Of a DNA stretch of 64,000 bases, positions 1-9,459 are shown one piece after another. The DNA is from an uncultured Candidatus Saccharibacteria bacterium (GTDB lineage Bacteria; Patescibacteriota; Minisyncoccia; Phycocordibacterales; CAIRYW01), in assembly GCA_964446625.1 (NCBI GenBank), contig CAYUPH010000002.1, positions 69,743 through 133,742 on the forward strand, in the 5' to 3' direction. A model generated the notes under the pieces. It was not told where the DNA came from and did no database searches. It was given only the letters and a program-made list of their open reading frames with translations. The position numbers were made by a program, and so were the translations under genes. Within the stretch, counting starts at the first letter, position 1. The number at the start of each line of letters is the position of its first letter.

Positions 1-167
1 TACGCAGCTCGGTCAGGCAAAATGTTTATATCAATCACACTATCTCCATTTTTTTCTTCTGTACTTTCTACTTCTGCAAGATGTTTTTCAAAAAGAGAAA
101 CAACAGCCTCAACTTGAGGAAGAGGTTTTTCAAAAAATGTTTGTAGTAAATTATACGAGACTTTCAT
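1..167 (-). CDS. pheT: Phenylalanyl-tRNA synthetase beta subunit, 5' part (runs off window)
   Basis: Hand translation from ATG at 167: MKVSYNLLQTFFEKPLPQVEAVVSLFEKHLAEVESTEEKNGDSVIDINILPDRAA; PheT-like start and D-x-x-I-D-I-x-I-L-P-D-R motif; downstream of pheS; not in the ORF track. Confidence 0.85.
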   Translation of the reverse strand, partial: MKVSYNLLQTFFEKPLPQVEAVVSLFEKHLAEVESTEEKNGDSVIDINILPDRAA

Positions 168-181
168 ATGAAGTTAATTAA

Positions 182-823
182 TTATTCATTATTTTTCATA
201 CACCCTTCTTTTTCTTTCGCTTTCTTCAGTCTTTGCTCTTCTGAAATAATATATTTGTTCTTTTTTAAACTCTCTCCTTTATATTGATTTGGCACAATAT
301 AATAGAGTCTATCTGCTCTATCAATCCATGCATCCGAACATGGTCCTGGCGTATCACCATTTTCATGGTCCCAAAAAACTAATTTATCGCCATCAAAACC
401 TAGTAGCATTATTTCGTTATAACTACCGAGAGGGCTTACTTCCATATTATCCGTAAAAATTTTCTCGGAAAATTGTGCTCTGCCAAGGTAACCAGTGTCT
501 AGATTCTTAATTGTATCGGCATTAAAATCATATTTCTCAATATATGATTGATTTTCAAATCCATTATTTGCATAGAAAAATACATACGGTTTGTTTGAAA
601 AAGTAACAACTGGAAGTGGTCCATTACCGTTTGAGCTCCATAGATTTAATTCCACCAAGTTTTTAGCGTATTTTTGTTTGAGTTCTTCCTTACTAAAACT
701 ATCAAATGATTTTACTTTACCAACTCTTTCAGTTTCGTTATTATCTTTTCTGTAACTAGAAATAATCAAAAATAATCCTAAAACAATAATGATGCCAGCA
801 ACTATGTTTATTTTTTTATTCAT
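182..823 (-). CDS. Hypothetical exported/membrane-anchored protein inserted between pheS and pheT
   Basis: 213-aa ORF, N-terminal basic+hydrophobic anchor, AT-rich; no recognised domain. Confidence 0.75.
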   Translation of the reverse strand: MNKKINIVAGIIIVLGLFLIISSYRKDNNETERVGKVKSFDSFSKEELKQKYAKNLVELNLWSSNGNGPLPVVTFSNKPYVFFYANNGFENQSYIEKYDFNADTIKNLDTGYLGRAQFSEKIFTDNMEVSPLGSYNEIMLLGFDGDKLVFWDHENGDTPGPCSDAWIDRADRLYYIVPNQYKGESLKKNKYIISEEQRLKKAKEKEGCMKNNE

Positions 824-828
824 TTTCC

Positions 829-870
829 TTTCTACTTTCTACTTTTAACTTTCTACTCTTTTCTTTCTAA
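829..870. repeat. Degenerate heptamer tandem repeat (TTTCTAC-like x6)
   Basis: tttctac tttctac ttttaac tttctac tcttttc tttctaa. Confidence 0.75.
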
Positions 871-1580
871 AACTGATTAACAAGCCGAAGGTCGCCACTA
901 TAAATCATTCGAATATCATCGATTCCGTACTTTAGCATCACCATTCGGTCAATTCCTCCACCAAACGCAAAACCTTGGTATTTTTCTGGATCAATCCCAG
1001 CATTGCGAAGTACATTTGGATGCACGAGTCCAGCTCCCATCATTTCAAGTGTCTTTCCTTTCCATTTCATTGCAACTTCTACCCCCGGCTCAACAAAAGG
1101 AAAAAAAGATGGTCTAAAGATTATCTCTACATCTTCTCCAAAATATCCTTTAAACAAGTGAAGAAGAGTTCCTTTGAGTTCTGCCATTGAGACTTTTTCT
1201 GCAACAAAGAGCCCTTCAACCTGGTAGAACTGCGCTTCATGCGTCGCGTCTGTCGCTTCGTTTCTGTACACCTTCCCAGGCACGATAATTGCGCAGGGTG
1301 CGCCGTGCTTTTCTAGGTACCTAATTTGAACAGGTGAAGTATGTGTCCGAAGGAGGTCTTTGCTATTTTTGTCTTTGGTTCCCGATCCGCCACTTAGCCA
1401 AAAAGTATCCTGCATATCTCGCGCAGGGTGATCAGAAGGAATGTTGAGAGCATCAAAGTTATACCACTCACTTTCTGCTTCAGGACCCGATACAGTCGAA
1501 AAGCCAATTTTAGACATTATCCTTATAATATCGTCTATCGCCTGTGTAATTATGTGTGGTCGTCCTTTTTTTTCTTCCAT
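867..1580 (-). CDS. pheS: Phenylalanyl-tRNA synthetase alpha subunit (catalytic domain only)
   Basis: NFDALNIPSDHPARDMQDTF, LLRTHTSPVQ, FRPSFFPFVEP, GFAFGGGIDR motifs; lacks N-terminal coiled coil. Confidence 0.97.
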   Translation of the reverse strand: MEEKKGRPHIITQAIDDIIRIMSKIGFSTVSGPEAESEWYNFDALNIPSDHPARDMQDTFWLSGGSGTKDKNSKDLLRTHTSPVQIRYLEKHGAPCAIIVPGKVYRNEATDATHEAQFYQVEGLFVAEKVSMAELKGTLLHLFKGYFGEDVEIIFRPSFFPFVEPGVEVAMKWKGKTLEMMGAGLVHPNVLRNAGIDPEKYQGFAFGGGIDRMVMLKYGIDDIRMIYSGDLRLVNQF

Positions 1581-1638
1581 TTTCTCTAGTCTACCAAACT
1601 TTGGGATAATTTAAAGACGACTTCCAAAATCGTCAAAA

Positions 1639-2883
1639 GTGATGTATAATCACAGTGTGGCAGATGTAACCCTATTCTTCAATTATTTTGTTATCTTTAT
1701 AACCCTCTACTTCGAGGTTTTTCTTTTAATTTCCCTCTTAGAGAAGAAACAAAGCCTATGGAATGACGAAGAGGAGTACACTCCTCCTGTCACAATTGTT
1801 GTACCTTGCTACAACGAGGAAAAGACTATTGCAGGAACCCTTGATTCCCTCCTTGCACTTGATTACCCGAGGGATATGATGCGAATAATGGTTATTGACG
1901 ATGGTTCAACAGACGGATCACAAAACGCCCTCCTACCCTACAAAGAAAACCCTATGATTGAAGTATACAAAAAAGAAAATGGTGGAAAGTACACCGCTCT
2001 CAACTTTGCAATCGAGAAATGCACTACTCCCTTTATTGGCTGTCTCGACGCTGACTCCTTTGTTATGCCGGGAGCTTTGCGCAGAATAGTCGCAGAATTT
2101 AAAGACCCAAAGACCATGGCTGTGACTCCAAGCATGGTAATTCATACTCCAAACACTTTTATACAAAAGCTTCAAAAATCAGAGTACAACTATGGAAATT
2201 TTACGCGAAAATTGCTTGCTCAAATTGGGTCTCTGCACGTTACCCCTGGACCCTTCTCGTTTTTTAGAACAGAAGTATTTGATAAAGTCGGCGGGTACAG
2301 GCATGCACACAATACAGAAGATATGGAAATGGCGATGCGCCTACAAAAGCATGGCCTAAAGATAGCGAACGCTGAAGGAGCTCTTGTTTACACTGTGGGG
2401 CCAGACACATTTAAAAAACTATATAAACAGCGAGTAAGGTGGGTAGGTGGGTTTATTGGAAACATTATAGATTACAGACACATGGTATTTAACAGAAAGT
2501 ATGGAGACCTAGGACTTGTTGTTCTTCCATTTACTATCTTTAGTACAACTATTTCAATTGGGTTTGTCCTTATAAATCTCTGGAGAATACTTCACAAAGT
2601 CTGGGAGCATATTGTTCGTTTTCAAGTTGTAGGATTTTCGTTGCCAAAGTTTGGAGAAATTAATTGGTTCTTCTTTAATAACAGCGCATTTTCTATGCTT
2701 GCAATTTTTTCAATTATTCTTAGTGTTTACCTTATCCATCTGGGGCAAAAAATGGCTACAGGAAAATGGACATTTTCTTTTGAAGCAATTTATTTTATCC
2801 TATTATACGGGAGCCTTACACCAATATGGCTAGTAAAAGCAATTTATAATAATATAATTGGAAAAGACGCCTCATGGCGATAA
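1639..2883 (+). CDS. Processive GT2 glycosyltransferase (IcaA/PgaC/cellulose-synthase-like); start may be GTG 1657
   Basis: VPCYNEE, DDGSTD, DADS, TED and QRVRW (QxxRW) motifs plus TM helices. Confidence 0.9.
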   Translation: MMYNHSVADVTLFFNYFVIFITLYFEVFLLISLLEKKQSLWNDEEEYTPPVTIVVPCYNEEKTIAGTLDSLLALDYPRDMMRIMVIDDGSTDGSQNALLPYKENPMIEVYKKENGGKYTALNFAIEKCTTPFIGCLDADSFVMPGALRRIVAEFKDPKTMAVTPSMVIHTPNTFIQKLQKSEYNYGNFTRKLLAQIGSLHVTPGPFSFFRTEVFDKVGGYRHAHNTEDMEMAMRLQKHGLKIANAEGALVYTVGPDTFKKLYKQRVRWVGGFIGNIIDYRHMVFNRKYGDLGLVVLPFTIFSTTISIGFVLINLWRILHKVWEHIVRFQVVGFSLPKFGEINWFFFNNSAFSMLAIFSIILSVYLIHLGQKMATGKWTFSFEAIYFILLYGSLTPIWLVKAIYNNIIGKDASWR

Positions 2884-3587
2884 AAACTATGGAAAACCAA
2901 AACAGACATGTTGATTGGAGAAAATACCTTATTGCATTCCTTATAACAGGAGCAATTTTTGGTACCGCTCTCTATACAAATAATTATTTAAACAATAAAC
3001 GAATGTATGAGATAAAGCAGATTCAAGACGCAATCTCTATTAACATTCTATCTTCTGAAACAGAGTTCTCTCTTCTTTCAGATGTTACTTGTACTGATGG
3101 TAGCGATATTACCCTCGCTCACGAGCTAAACGAAATTGCTACTCGAATCTCATATGGTGAAAACAATATCAATTCAAATAAAGGAGAAATCGAAAATCTA
3201 AAGAAATACTACTCTCTCCTTCAAATCAAAGACTACCTCCTTTCAAAAAAAGTAGCCGAAAAGTGTAAGCAAAAAATGGTTATCGCGATGTACTTTTATG
3301 GAAACGGCTGTGACGAATGTATTAAACAAGGCTTTATTGTTGATGCACTTCGAAAAAAATACCCCGAACTAAAGATTTACTCTTTTGACGGAAGCCTTGG
3401 CCTTTCTGCACTATCTTCTTTTATGAAGACTCTAAAAGTAGATACTTACCCGACACTCATTATCGGAGGAAAGAAATACGGTCCTTTTACAACTCTTGAA
3501 GAGATGGAAAAAACCGTTCCCGAGATAAAGACTCTACAGACAGAACTAGAATCAAAAGAAAAAGCAGCTACCACAACAAAGAAATAG
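2874..3587 (+). CDS. Membrane-anchored protein with C-terminal thioredoxin-like CxxC domain
   Basis: N-terminal TM; YFYGNGCDEC...YPTLII thioredoxin-fold pattern; overlaps the GT2 stop. Confidence 0.75.
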   Translation: MAIKTMENQNRHVDWRKYLIAFLITGAIFGTALYTNNYLNNKRMYEIKQIQDAISINILSSETEFSLLSDVTCTDGSDITLAHELNEIATRISYGENNINSNKGEIENLKKYYSLLQIKDYLLSKKVAEKCKQKMVIAMYFYGNGCDECIKQGFIVDALRKKYPELKIYSFDGSLGLSALSSFMKTLKVDTYPTLIIGGKKYGPFTTLEEMEKTVPEIKTLQTELESKEKAATTTKK

Positions 3588-3630
3588 CTAAAACAAAAAC
3601 CTCCCACAAGGGAGGTTTTTGTTTTAGCTA
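3585..3630. terminator. Bidirectional intrinsic terminator (21-bp perfect inverted repeat)
   Basis: tagctaaaacaaaaacctccc-acaa-gggaggtttttgttttagcta between convergent genes. Confidence 0.9.
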
Positions 3631-3647
3631 AGAGGTCTCTATGTTTA

Positions 3648-5129
3648 TTAATATTCATAAATGAAAGAGTTTCCCCACCCTTTTGAACATTCGTAGACTT
3701 TTTTGAAATTGCTATTTAAATCTTCATTAATCTTCTGATTTGTCATGTCGTAGTTCGCAAAGAATATATATACCTTCCTGTCGCCGTAAGTACCACTTAA
3801 AACATTTTTAAATATTGTTAGGTCCCATGGGTCCGGGTACAGACGCACTTCTTTTTGGGTGTAATAATGAACAATTGGTAATTGATTGGTTATTATAAGA
3901 GAATTTTTATCAATTGATTCGTCTCCTAAAAATTTATTTCCTTCAGAGAAACACAGATTTCCCCCTGAGACGGAATTTTGATACTCGGTTTTAAACATAC
4001 TCCAAAGCGACACTATCAAAATAGCGCATAATAGTCCAAAGATAATTTTTTTAAACTTTCCAAGCTTACTCATAAAAAAACCAGTAAGAATACACATAGC
4101 CGGGACAATGGGCATAATAAATCTTTCTTCCTTATGAGGCATATACATTAGCATAAGATAAAAGAAAATTATCCAAGTTAAAAGAAAATAAATTTCTTTT
4201 TTAAGAAACTCTTTTTTTATAAAAATAAAAAGTAAAGAAAATAAGAAAAATATTCCAAGGGCAGAAAAGATTTGCCATGAATTTATAAAAAAGAAGTTCC
4301 ATGACTGCACCCCTCCCCAATAACCTGCCGCCTTAAAACCGTGTAGAAATGCTCCAAATATATTGCCATAATATTTTAAACCATATATAAACCACGGAAG
4401 TAATGTCAAAAGAAAAGCTCCTACTGCAAGCCATAGATATTTGTCTTTCAAGAACTTTAATGACTTATCTCTAATAAGGAAATAAAATAGAAATATAGGA
4501 ATTATCCATAACGTTGTATAGCGTGCGTACAGCGACAATGCTAGAAATAATCCAAACAAAACCTTGTGTTTCTTCTTTTCTTTTTCATACCCCTCCCAAA
4601 AACTAATAAAAGTGAGTAGTAAAAAGAAAACAACAAGAGGATCGGTCCAGATCTTTCCGCTGTACAACACATGAATTGGTACTAATGAAAACAAAATTGC
4701 TGAAGATAATCCTATTTTTTTATTAAATAGTTTTTTTCCAAAAACATACACCAAAAGTACACTGGCAGTACCAAAAAAAGGAATAATTAATTGGATTAGG
4801 AAATTTAATTTGAAAACATAAAAAATCGAAAGAATATAAGGTAAGAGAGGGGCACGAAATCCAATGTTTGGCCAGCCATAAACTACGTCTGAAGATGGTA
4901 TGAAGTCATTCCACTTACTATTTTGCAAAGAATAAAATAAAGGATATCTACTTAAATCATGACCTAAATTCAAATAGACAGTTTCGTCCCATCCACGCAG
5001 GGGCGAATAAAGCGTAAATCCAATTCTTAGTAGAAATGAAAAAGCTAATACTAAAACGACTAACCTGTCCGTCCTATCAATTGCCAAAATCTTTTGCTTT
5101 ATACCTTTAATCATTTCTGAAAAGTCCAT
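3648..5129 (-). CDS. GT-C fold (PMT/ArnT-like) polytopic glycosyltransferase
   Basis: WDE first-loop motif, many TM helices, HKEERF motif. Confidence 0.85.
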   Translation of the reverse strand: MDFSEMIKGIKQKILAIDRTDRLVVLVLAFSFLLRIGFTLYSPLRGWDETVYLNLGHDLSRYPLFYSLQNSKWNDFIPSSDVVYGWPNIGFRAPLLPYILSIFYVFKLNFLIQLIIPFFGTASVLLVYVFGKKLFNKKIGLSSAILFSLVPIHVLYSGKIWTDPLVVFFLLLTFISFWEGYEKEKKKHKVLFGLFLALSLYARYTTLWIIPIFLFYFLIRDKSLKFLKDKYLWLAVGAFLLTLLPWFIYGLKYYGNIFGAFLHGFKAAGYWGGVQSWNFFFINSWQIFSALGIFFLFSLLFIFIKKEFLKKEIYFLLTWIIFFYLMLMYMPHKEERFIMPIVPAMCILTGFFMSKLGKFKKIIFGLLCAILIVSLWSMFKTEYQNSVSGGNLCFSEGNKFLGDESIDKNSLIITNQLPIVHYYTQKEVRLYPDPWDLTIFKNVLSGTYGDRKVYIFFANYDMTNQKINEDLNSNFKKVYECSKGWGNSFIYEY

Positions 5130-6175
5130 ATCTTGTTTCCAATAAAGTTTATCATTAGTGAGATTCCAATAGCTATAATCTGCGAAATGATGTAGTAGAT
5201 TCCTAAAAACTCAGTAAATATATAAAGAAAAAGTAAATTTACAGATAATGCTGACAAACTAACGAGAAAAAAGATATTATATTCTTTTATTATTCTGTCC
5301 TGTATCTTTTCCCTGAAAGTCCACACTTTATTAAAAATAAAGTTCACTGTGACGGCAATACAGAAAGCAAAGAAGGCTGAAATTACATAGTAGACGCCTA
5401 AGTATTCAGTTAGTGTATACATTATAGACACATTCACAATAGTTCCAATAAGTCCCACAAATGCAAATTTAAAAAACTGCAATATAACTTCTTTTTTATA
5501 TGGAAGGTACTTTATCAAATTTTGTAGATAATAAATAATTTCCTTTGCTCCCGCCTTGCTTTTACCTACTGTGCGATTTGTAAAAGTGATAGGAACTTCT
5601 ACTATTTTTCTGCAATTAAGCTTTATTAAAAGTTCGAGCAAAATCTTAAAACCTTTTGGATTTATTTCTTTACTCATAACAAATTCTCTTTTGATCATAA
5701 AAAACCCTGACATAGGATCTTTTGTATTTACAAAAACCCTCGCTAAAAGAGTTGCTCCCTTCGATAGAATTTTTCTATACAAATTCCAACCCTCTATTCT
5801 CCCTCCTTTTACATACCTGCTTCCAATAACTAAATCTGCACCACTTTTTACTACATGATACATCTCTCCTATCTTTTGAGCGGGATGGCTTAAATCTGCA
5901 TCCATAACTCCTACAATATCGCCTTTTGCAATCTTAAAACCATCTGTAACAGCAGACGAAAGTCCTAATTTTCCTTCCCTATGAATCACCTCTAGATTTT
6001 GATTATCTTTTTTTAACCTCTCTAAAACTTCACCTGTACCGTCAGGTGAATTATCATCTACAAAAATCATCTCTCCGTCAATTTGCTCTTTTTGAAATTG
6101 CTCTTTTATTTGAGAGACGAGCTTTAGAACATTTTCTTTTTCGTTATAGGTTGGAATTATCAGACTGAATTTCAT
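5111..6175 (-). CDS. Polyprenol-phosphate mannosyltransferase (DPM1-like GT2) fused to GtrA flippase-like domain
   Basis: IIPTYNE, VDDNSPDGT, MDADLSH, DPMSGFF; C-terminal four-TM GtrA-like KFAFVG...NKVWTF. Confidence 0.9.
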   Translation of the reverse strand: MKFSLIIPTYNEKENVLKLVSQIKEQFQKEQIDGEMIFVDDNSPDGTGEVLERLKKDNQNLEVIHREGKLGLSSAVTDGFKIAKGDIVGVMDADLSHPAQKIGEMYHVVKSGADLVIGSRYVKGGRIEGWNLYRKILSKGATLLARVFVNTKDPMSGFFMIKREFVMSKEINPKGFKILLELLIKLNCRKIVEVPITFTNRTVGKSKAGAKEIIYYLQNLIKYLPYKKEVILQFFKFAFVGLIGTIVNVSIMYTLTEYLGVYYVISAFFAFCIAVTVNFIFNKVWTFREKIQDRIIKEYNIFFLVSLSALSVNLLFLYIFTEFLGIYYIISQIIAIGISLMINFIGNKIWTFQK

Positions 6176-6269
6176 AAAGTTTCTAATTAAACTTAGTACA
6201 ATTAGTCAAAACTATATTAACACAGTTTGTTTTTTTAATTTAATAGCCCATGACTAAGTATTCTTCTAC

Positions 6270-6311
6270 AAAAAAACAAAAACCTCCCGCATGGGAGGTT
6301 TTTGTTTTTTT
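6270..6311 (-). terminator. Intrinsic terminator downstream of tRNA-Thr
   Basis: aaaaaaacaaaaacctccc-gcat-gggaggtttttgttttttt, abutting the tRNA CCA end. Confidence 0.9.
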
Positions 6312-6312
6312 T

Positions 6313-6388
6313 TGGAGCCGCTTCTCGGGCTTGAACCGAGGACCCACAGTTTACAAAACTGTTGCTCTACCAACTGAGCTAAAGCGGC
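6313..6388 (-). tRNA. tRNA-Thr(UGU)
   Basis: GCCGCTTTAGCTCAGTTGGTAGAGCAACAGTTTTGTAAACTGTGGGTCCTCGGTTCAAGCCCGAGAAGCGGCTCCA; cloverleaf, anticodon TGT, encoded CCA. Confidence 0.97.
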
Positions 6389-6391
6389 GTG

Positions 6392-6763
6392 TTATTTTTT
6401 AAGGCTTTCTGCGTGCTCTTTTACTGATGTAAGGAAAAAAGAAACCGCTCCTCTATTCTTTGGAATATCCTTCCCTTTTACTGCGTCAATTATGTGCGCA
6501 ATTCGAGGTCGAATAACCTTCTTGAGTTGCTCTCCCACTATAATACTTTTCTTTACCGTAAAGTAAAGTCCCTGCTTTCCGACATACTTTGGATACTCTT
6601 TTGCAAAGACACACACATTTCCAACACACACTTTTATCTTCTCATCAGCATTAAAGTGAAGAGGAATAAAAGCTTTTCCTGCTGTTAACTCTCGATACCG
6701 GTTAAGTATCATAAAGACAATAACAAGAAGTGAAACGCTAAAAATTGTAATTGCAAAAATCAT
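6392..6763 (-). CDS. Hypothetical membrane-anchored protein
   Basis: 123 aa, N-terminal TM, co-oriented immediately after tsf. Confidence 0.75.
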   Translation of the reverse strand: MIFAITIFSVSLLVIVFMILNRYRELTAGKAFIPLHFNADEKIKVCVGNVCVFAKEYPKYVGKQGLYFTVKKSIIVGEQLKKVIRPRIAHIIDAVKGKDIPKNRGAVSFFLTSVKEHAESLKK

Positions 6764-6765
6764 AT

Positions 6766-7350
6766 TTATGCTCCAGTCGAAAAGCGTGCGAATTTACCGA
6801 TTTCAGTCTTTTCGCCGAATTTCTGGACAGCACCTTCAAGAAGTCCTCCAATTGTGATGTCTGGGTTCTTCACAAATGGTTGATCAAGAAGAACCATGTC
6901 TTTAAAGTAAGCATCGAGCTTTCCTTTAAGGATTGTTTCTTTCATGTTCTCTGGTTTTCCTTCAACTTCTTTTTGGAAAACCTCTTTTGCTTTTTCTTTC
7001 GCATCTTCTGGAATTTGGTCAGAAGTAAGATAAAGAGGAGAAGTAGCAGCAATATGCATTGCTATATCTTTTGCAAGAGTCTTAAACTCTTCATTTTTTG
7101 CAACGAAATCAGTTTCGCACCAAAGTTCTACCATTGCTCCCACTGAACCTGTGCTGTGAATATAAGCTTGGACCACCCCCGCTCCTAGAGTTCTATCAGA
7201 TTTTTTTCCGGCAATTTCCGCTCCTTTTTTTCGGAGGATTACAAGAGCTTTTTCAATATCTCCTCCTGCATCTTCAAGTGCTTTTCGGCACTGCATAATT
7301 GAGATACCTGTCTTGTCTCTTAATTCTTTTACTTGCTCGGTTGAAATCAT
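6766..7350 (-). CDS. tsf: Elongation factor Ts (short form)
   Basis: VKELRDKTGISIMQCRKAL, ELWCETDFVA; downstream of rpsB. Confidence 0.97.
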   Translation of the reverse strand: MISTEQVKELRDKTGISIMQCRKALEDAGGDIEKALVILRKKGAEIAGKKSDRTLGAGVVQAYIHSTGSVGAMVELWCETDFVAKNEEFKTLAKDIAMHIAATSPLYLTSDQIPEDAKEKAKEVFQKEVEGKPENMKETILKGKLDAYFKDMVLLDQPFVKNPDITIGGLLEGAVQKFGEKTEIGKFARFSTGA

Positions 7351-7381
7351 AGTATTAAATGAACAAAAACTTTTAATTATT

Positions 7382-8068
7382 TTATTTGAGTGCGTTTACA
7401 ATCTTGTCTGTAAAGAATGCGACACTCGCCCTTGCTGTATCATTTGCAGCAATTGCGTAGTTTACTTTTGAAAGATCGCAGTCGCTTGAAGCAAGTGCAA
7501 TAACTGGAATATTCATTTTCTTTGCTTCAGTCACTGCAATATCTTCTTTCTTTGAGTCGATAACAAAAAGAAGGTCAGGAAGTCGGTTTAGAGATCGAAG
7601 TCCCCCGAAATTCTTCTCCAGGTTTTCAATCTCTCTATCAATGAGAAGTCGTTCTTTCTTTGTGTATTTTGTAAGCTCGTTCTTTGCTTTCCTTTGATTT
7701 AGATCCTCAAGCTTTGACACTCGCTTTTTTGTCTGTTCAAAGTTTGTAAGAGTTCCTCCAATCCATCTACCAGACACAAAAGGAAGTCCCGCTCGCTCTG
7801 CAGCGTTTCGAACAATGTCTTTTGCTTCGCTTTTAGAAGTAACAAAAAGAGCTAGTCTCTTTTCTTTTGGAAGTGAGGCAATAAACTCTTCTACCTTCCT
7901 AAGCATCTCTTCTGTTTTCTCGAGATCGATGATTTCAGTACCATTTTTAGCACCGAAAATAACCTTTTTAAAAGTAGGGTGTCGTCTTGCCTTAGAAAAG
8001 GCAAAATGAGCCCCTGCTTTAAACATTTCTTGTATATCTGCTGACATTTCTGCTTTTTTTACTGACAT
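7382..8068 (-). CDS. rpsB: 30S ribosomal protein S2
   Basis: AGAHF, IIDLEKT, RWIGGTLTNF motifs. Confidence 0.97.
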   Translation of the reverse strand: MSVKKAEMSADIQEMFKAGAHFAFSKARRHPTFKKVIFGAKNGTEIIDLEKTEEMLRKVEEFIASLPKEKRLALFVTSKSEAKDIVRNAAERAGLPFVSGRWIGGTLTNFEQTKKRVSKLEDLNQRKAKNELTKYTKKERLLIDREIENLEKNFGGLRSLNRLPDLLFVIDSKKEDIAVTEAKKMNIPVIALASSDCDLSKVNYAIAANDTARASVAFFTDKIVNALK

Positions 8069-8117
8069 ATTAGGCTATTTTACCAGGGTTTTTTGATTTT
8101 GCAACCCTTAGAGTCTC

Positions 8118-9101
8118 TTAATCTTCCTCACCCTCTCCTGCCTCAAAAGACTCAGCGTTTGCAAGCGCTTCGACTATTGGGTCAAGTTTCCCTGCTAAAA
8201 TATTGAAAATACTGTGCCAACTCTGTTTTATACGATGGTCTGTGATCCTGTCTTGAAGAAAATTGTATGTTCGAATCTTCTCGCTTCTGTCTCCTGTTCC
8301 AATTTGACCCTTTCTATTCGCAGAAAACTTAGCAGCTTCTTTTTGCTCTTCTTGTTGCTCAAGTTTCGCAATGAGAATAGACATCGCTTTCTCCCTGTTT
8401 TTAAGCTGACTTCGCTCCGAAGTACACCTAACATCAATTCCCGTGGGTTTGTGAATAAGGCGCACCGCTGTTTCTACCTTGTTTACGTTTTGTCCTCCTG
8501 CACCACCTGATCTAGAGAACTCTATATCAAGGTCTGACTCTTTTATTTCTATCTTTGTCTTTTTTCGAATAGGAAGGATTGCCACAGACGCAGTTGATGT
8601 ATGAATTCTTCCTGACTTTTCAGTTGCAGGAACTCTTTGCACTCTATGTACTCCCGTCTCATACTGGAGAATCTTGTACACACCTCTTCCATGAATTTCA
8701 AAAGATGCCTCTTTATAACCTCCAGCTTCACTCTTTGACTCGCTTATTACTTCCCAGGTCCAGCTGTTTGCAAGAGCATACGCCTTGTACATTGCAGAAA
8801 GTTCCTCCGCGAAAAGAGATGCCTCTTCTCCACCAGCACCTGCCCGAACTTCAAGAATAATCTCATTTGGAAACTCTTCCTCAATTTTTTCTGCTTCAGT
8901 AATTTCCTTCATTTGTGCAAGGAGAGCATCTTTTTGAATAGTTATATTTTTCATTTCTTCGGCGCAAAGTGCCTCCATTTCTGGGGACCCATCTTTCATG
9001 GCGCCTACAGATTCCTCTTCTTTCAAAAGCCTCAAAACCTCCTCGGCAAGGAAACGAGTTTTTGGATTTTCTTTGTACTGTTCTATTTCTTTTGTGTCCA
9101 T
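8118..9101 (-). CDS. prfA: Peptide chain release factor 1
   Basis: GGQ motif, PAT tripeptide (RVPATE), [11 protein letters not shown]. Confidence 0.93.
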   Translation of the reverse strand: MDTKEIEQYKENPKTRFLAEEVLRLLKEEESVGAMKDGSPEMEALCAEEMKNITIQKDALLAQMKEITEAEKIEEEFPNEIILEVRAGAGGEEASLFAEELSAMYKAYALANSWTWEVISESKSEAGGYKEASFEIHGRGVYKILQYETGVHRVQRVPATEKSGRIHTSTASVAILPIRKKTKIEIKESDLDIEFSRSGGAGGQNVNKVETAVRLIHKPTGIDVRCTSERSQLKNREKAMSILIAKLEQQEEQKEAAKFSANRKGQIGTGDRSEKIRTYNFLQDRITDHRIKQSWHSIFNILAGKLDPIVEALANAESFEAGEGEED

Positions 9102-9149
9102 AAAATCAAAAGCCCCAAGTGCTTTTACTTGAGGTTTTTGCGGAGTAAT

Positions 9150-9404
9150 TTATTTAGATTTTTTTCCAGCTCTTGCCTTGAACTTATCGATTCGTCCTGC
9201 AGTGTCGATAATATTTTCTGTTCCTGTATAGAATGGGTGTGATGCGCTAGAAATTTCAACTTTTACTAGAGGATATTCTTTTCCATCTTCCCACTTTCCT
9301 GTTTCTTTTGTTGCTACAATAGAAGAAATAAGAAATCGCGCTCCGACTGTGGAATCTTCGAAGATGACTGGTCTATAATTGTCTGGATGAATGTCTTTTT
9401 TCAT
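9150..9404 (-). CDS. rpmE2: 50S ribosomal protein L31 type B
   Basis: MKKDIHP...[12 protein letters not shown]...AGRIDKF; no Zn cysteines. Confidence 0.95.
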   Translation of the reverse strand: MKKDIHPDNYRPVIFEDSTVGARFLISSIVATKETGKWEDGKEYPLVKVEISSASHPFYTGTENIIDTAGRIDKFKARAGKKSK

Positions 9405-9459
9405 ATAGGGCTAAATCTAACAGATTTTCCGATTTTCTGCAAGTAGGCTCTGCTGAAGG

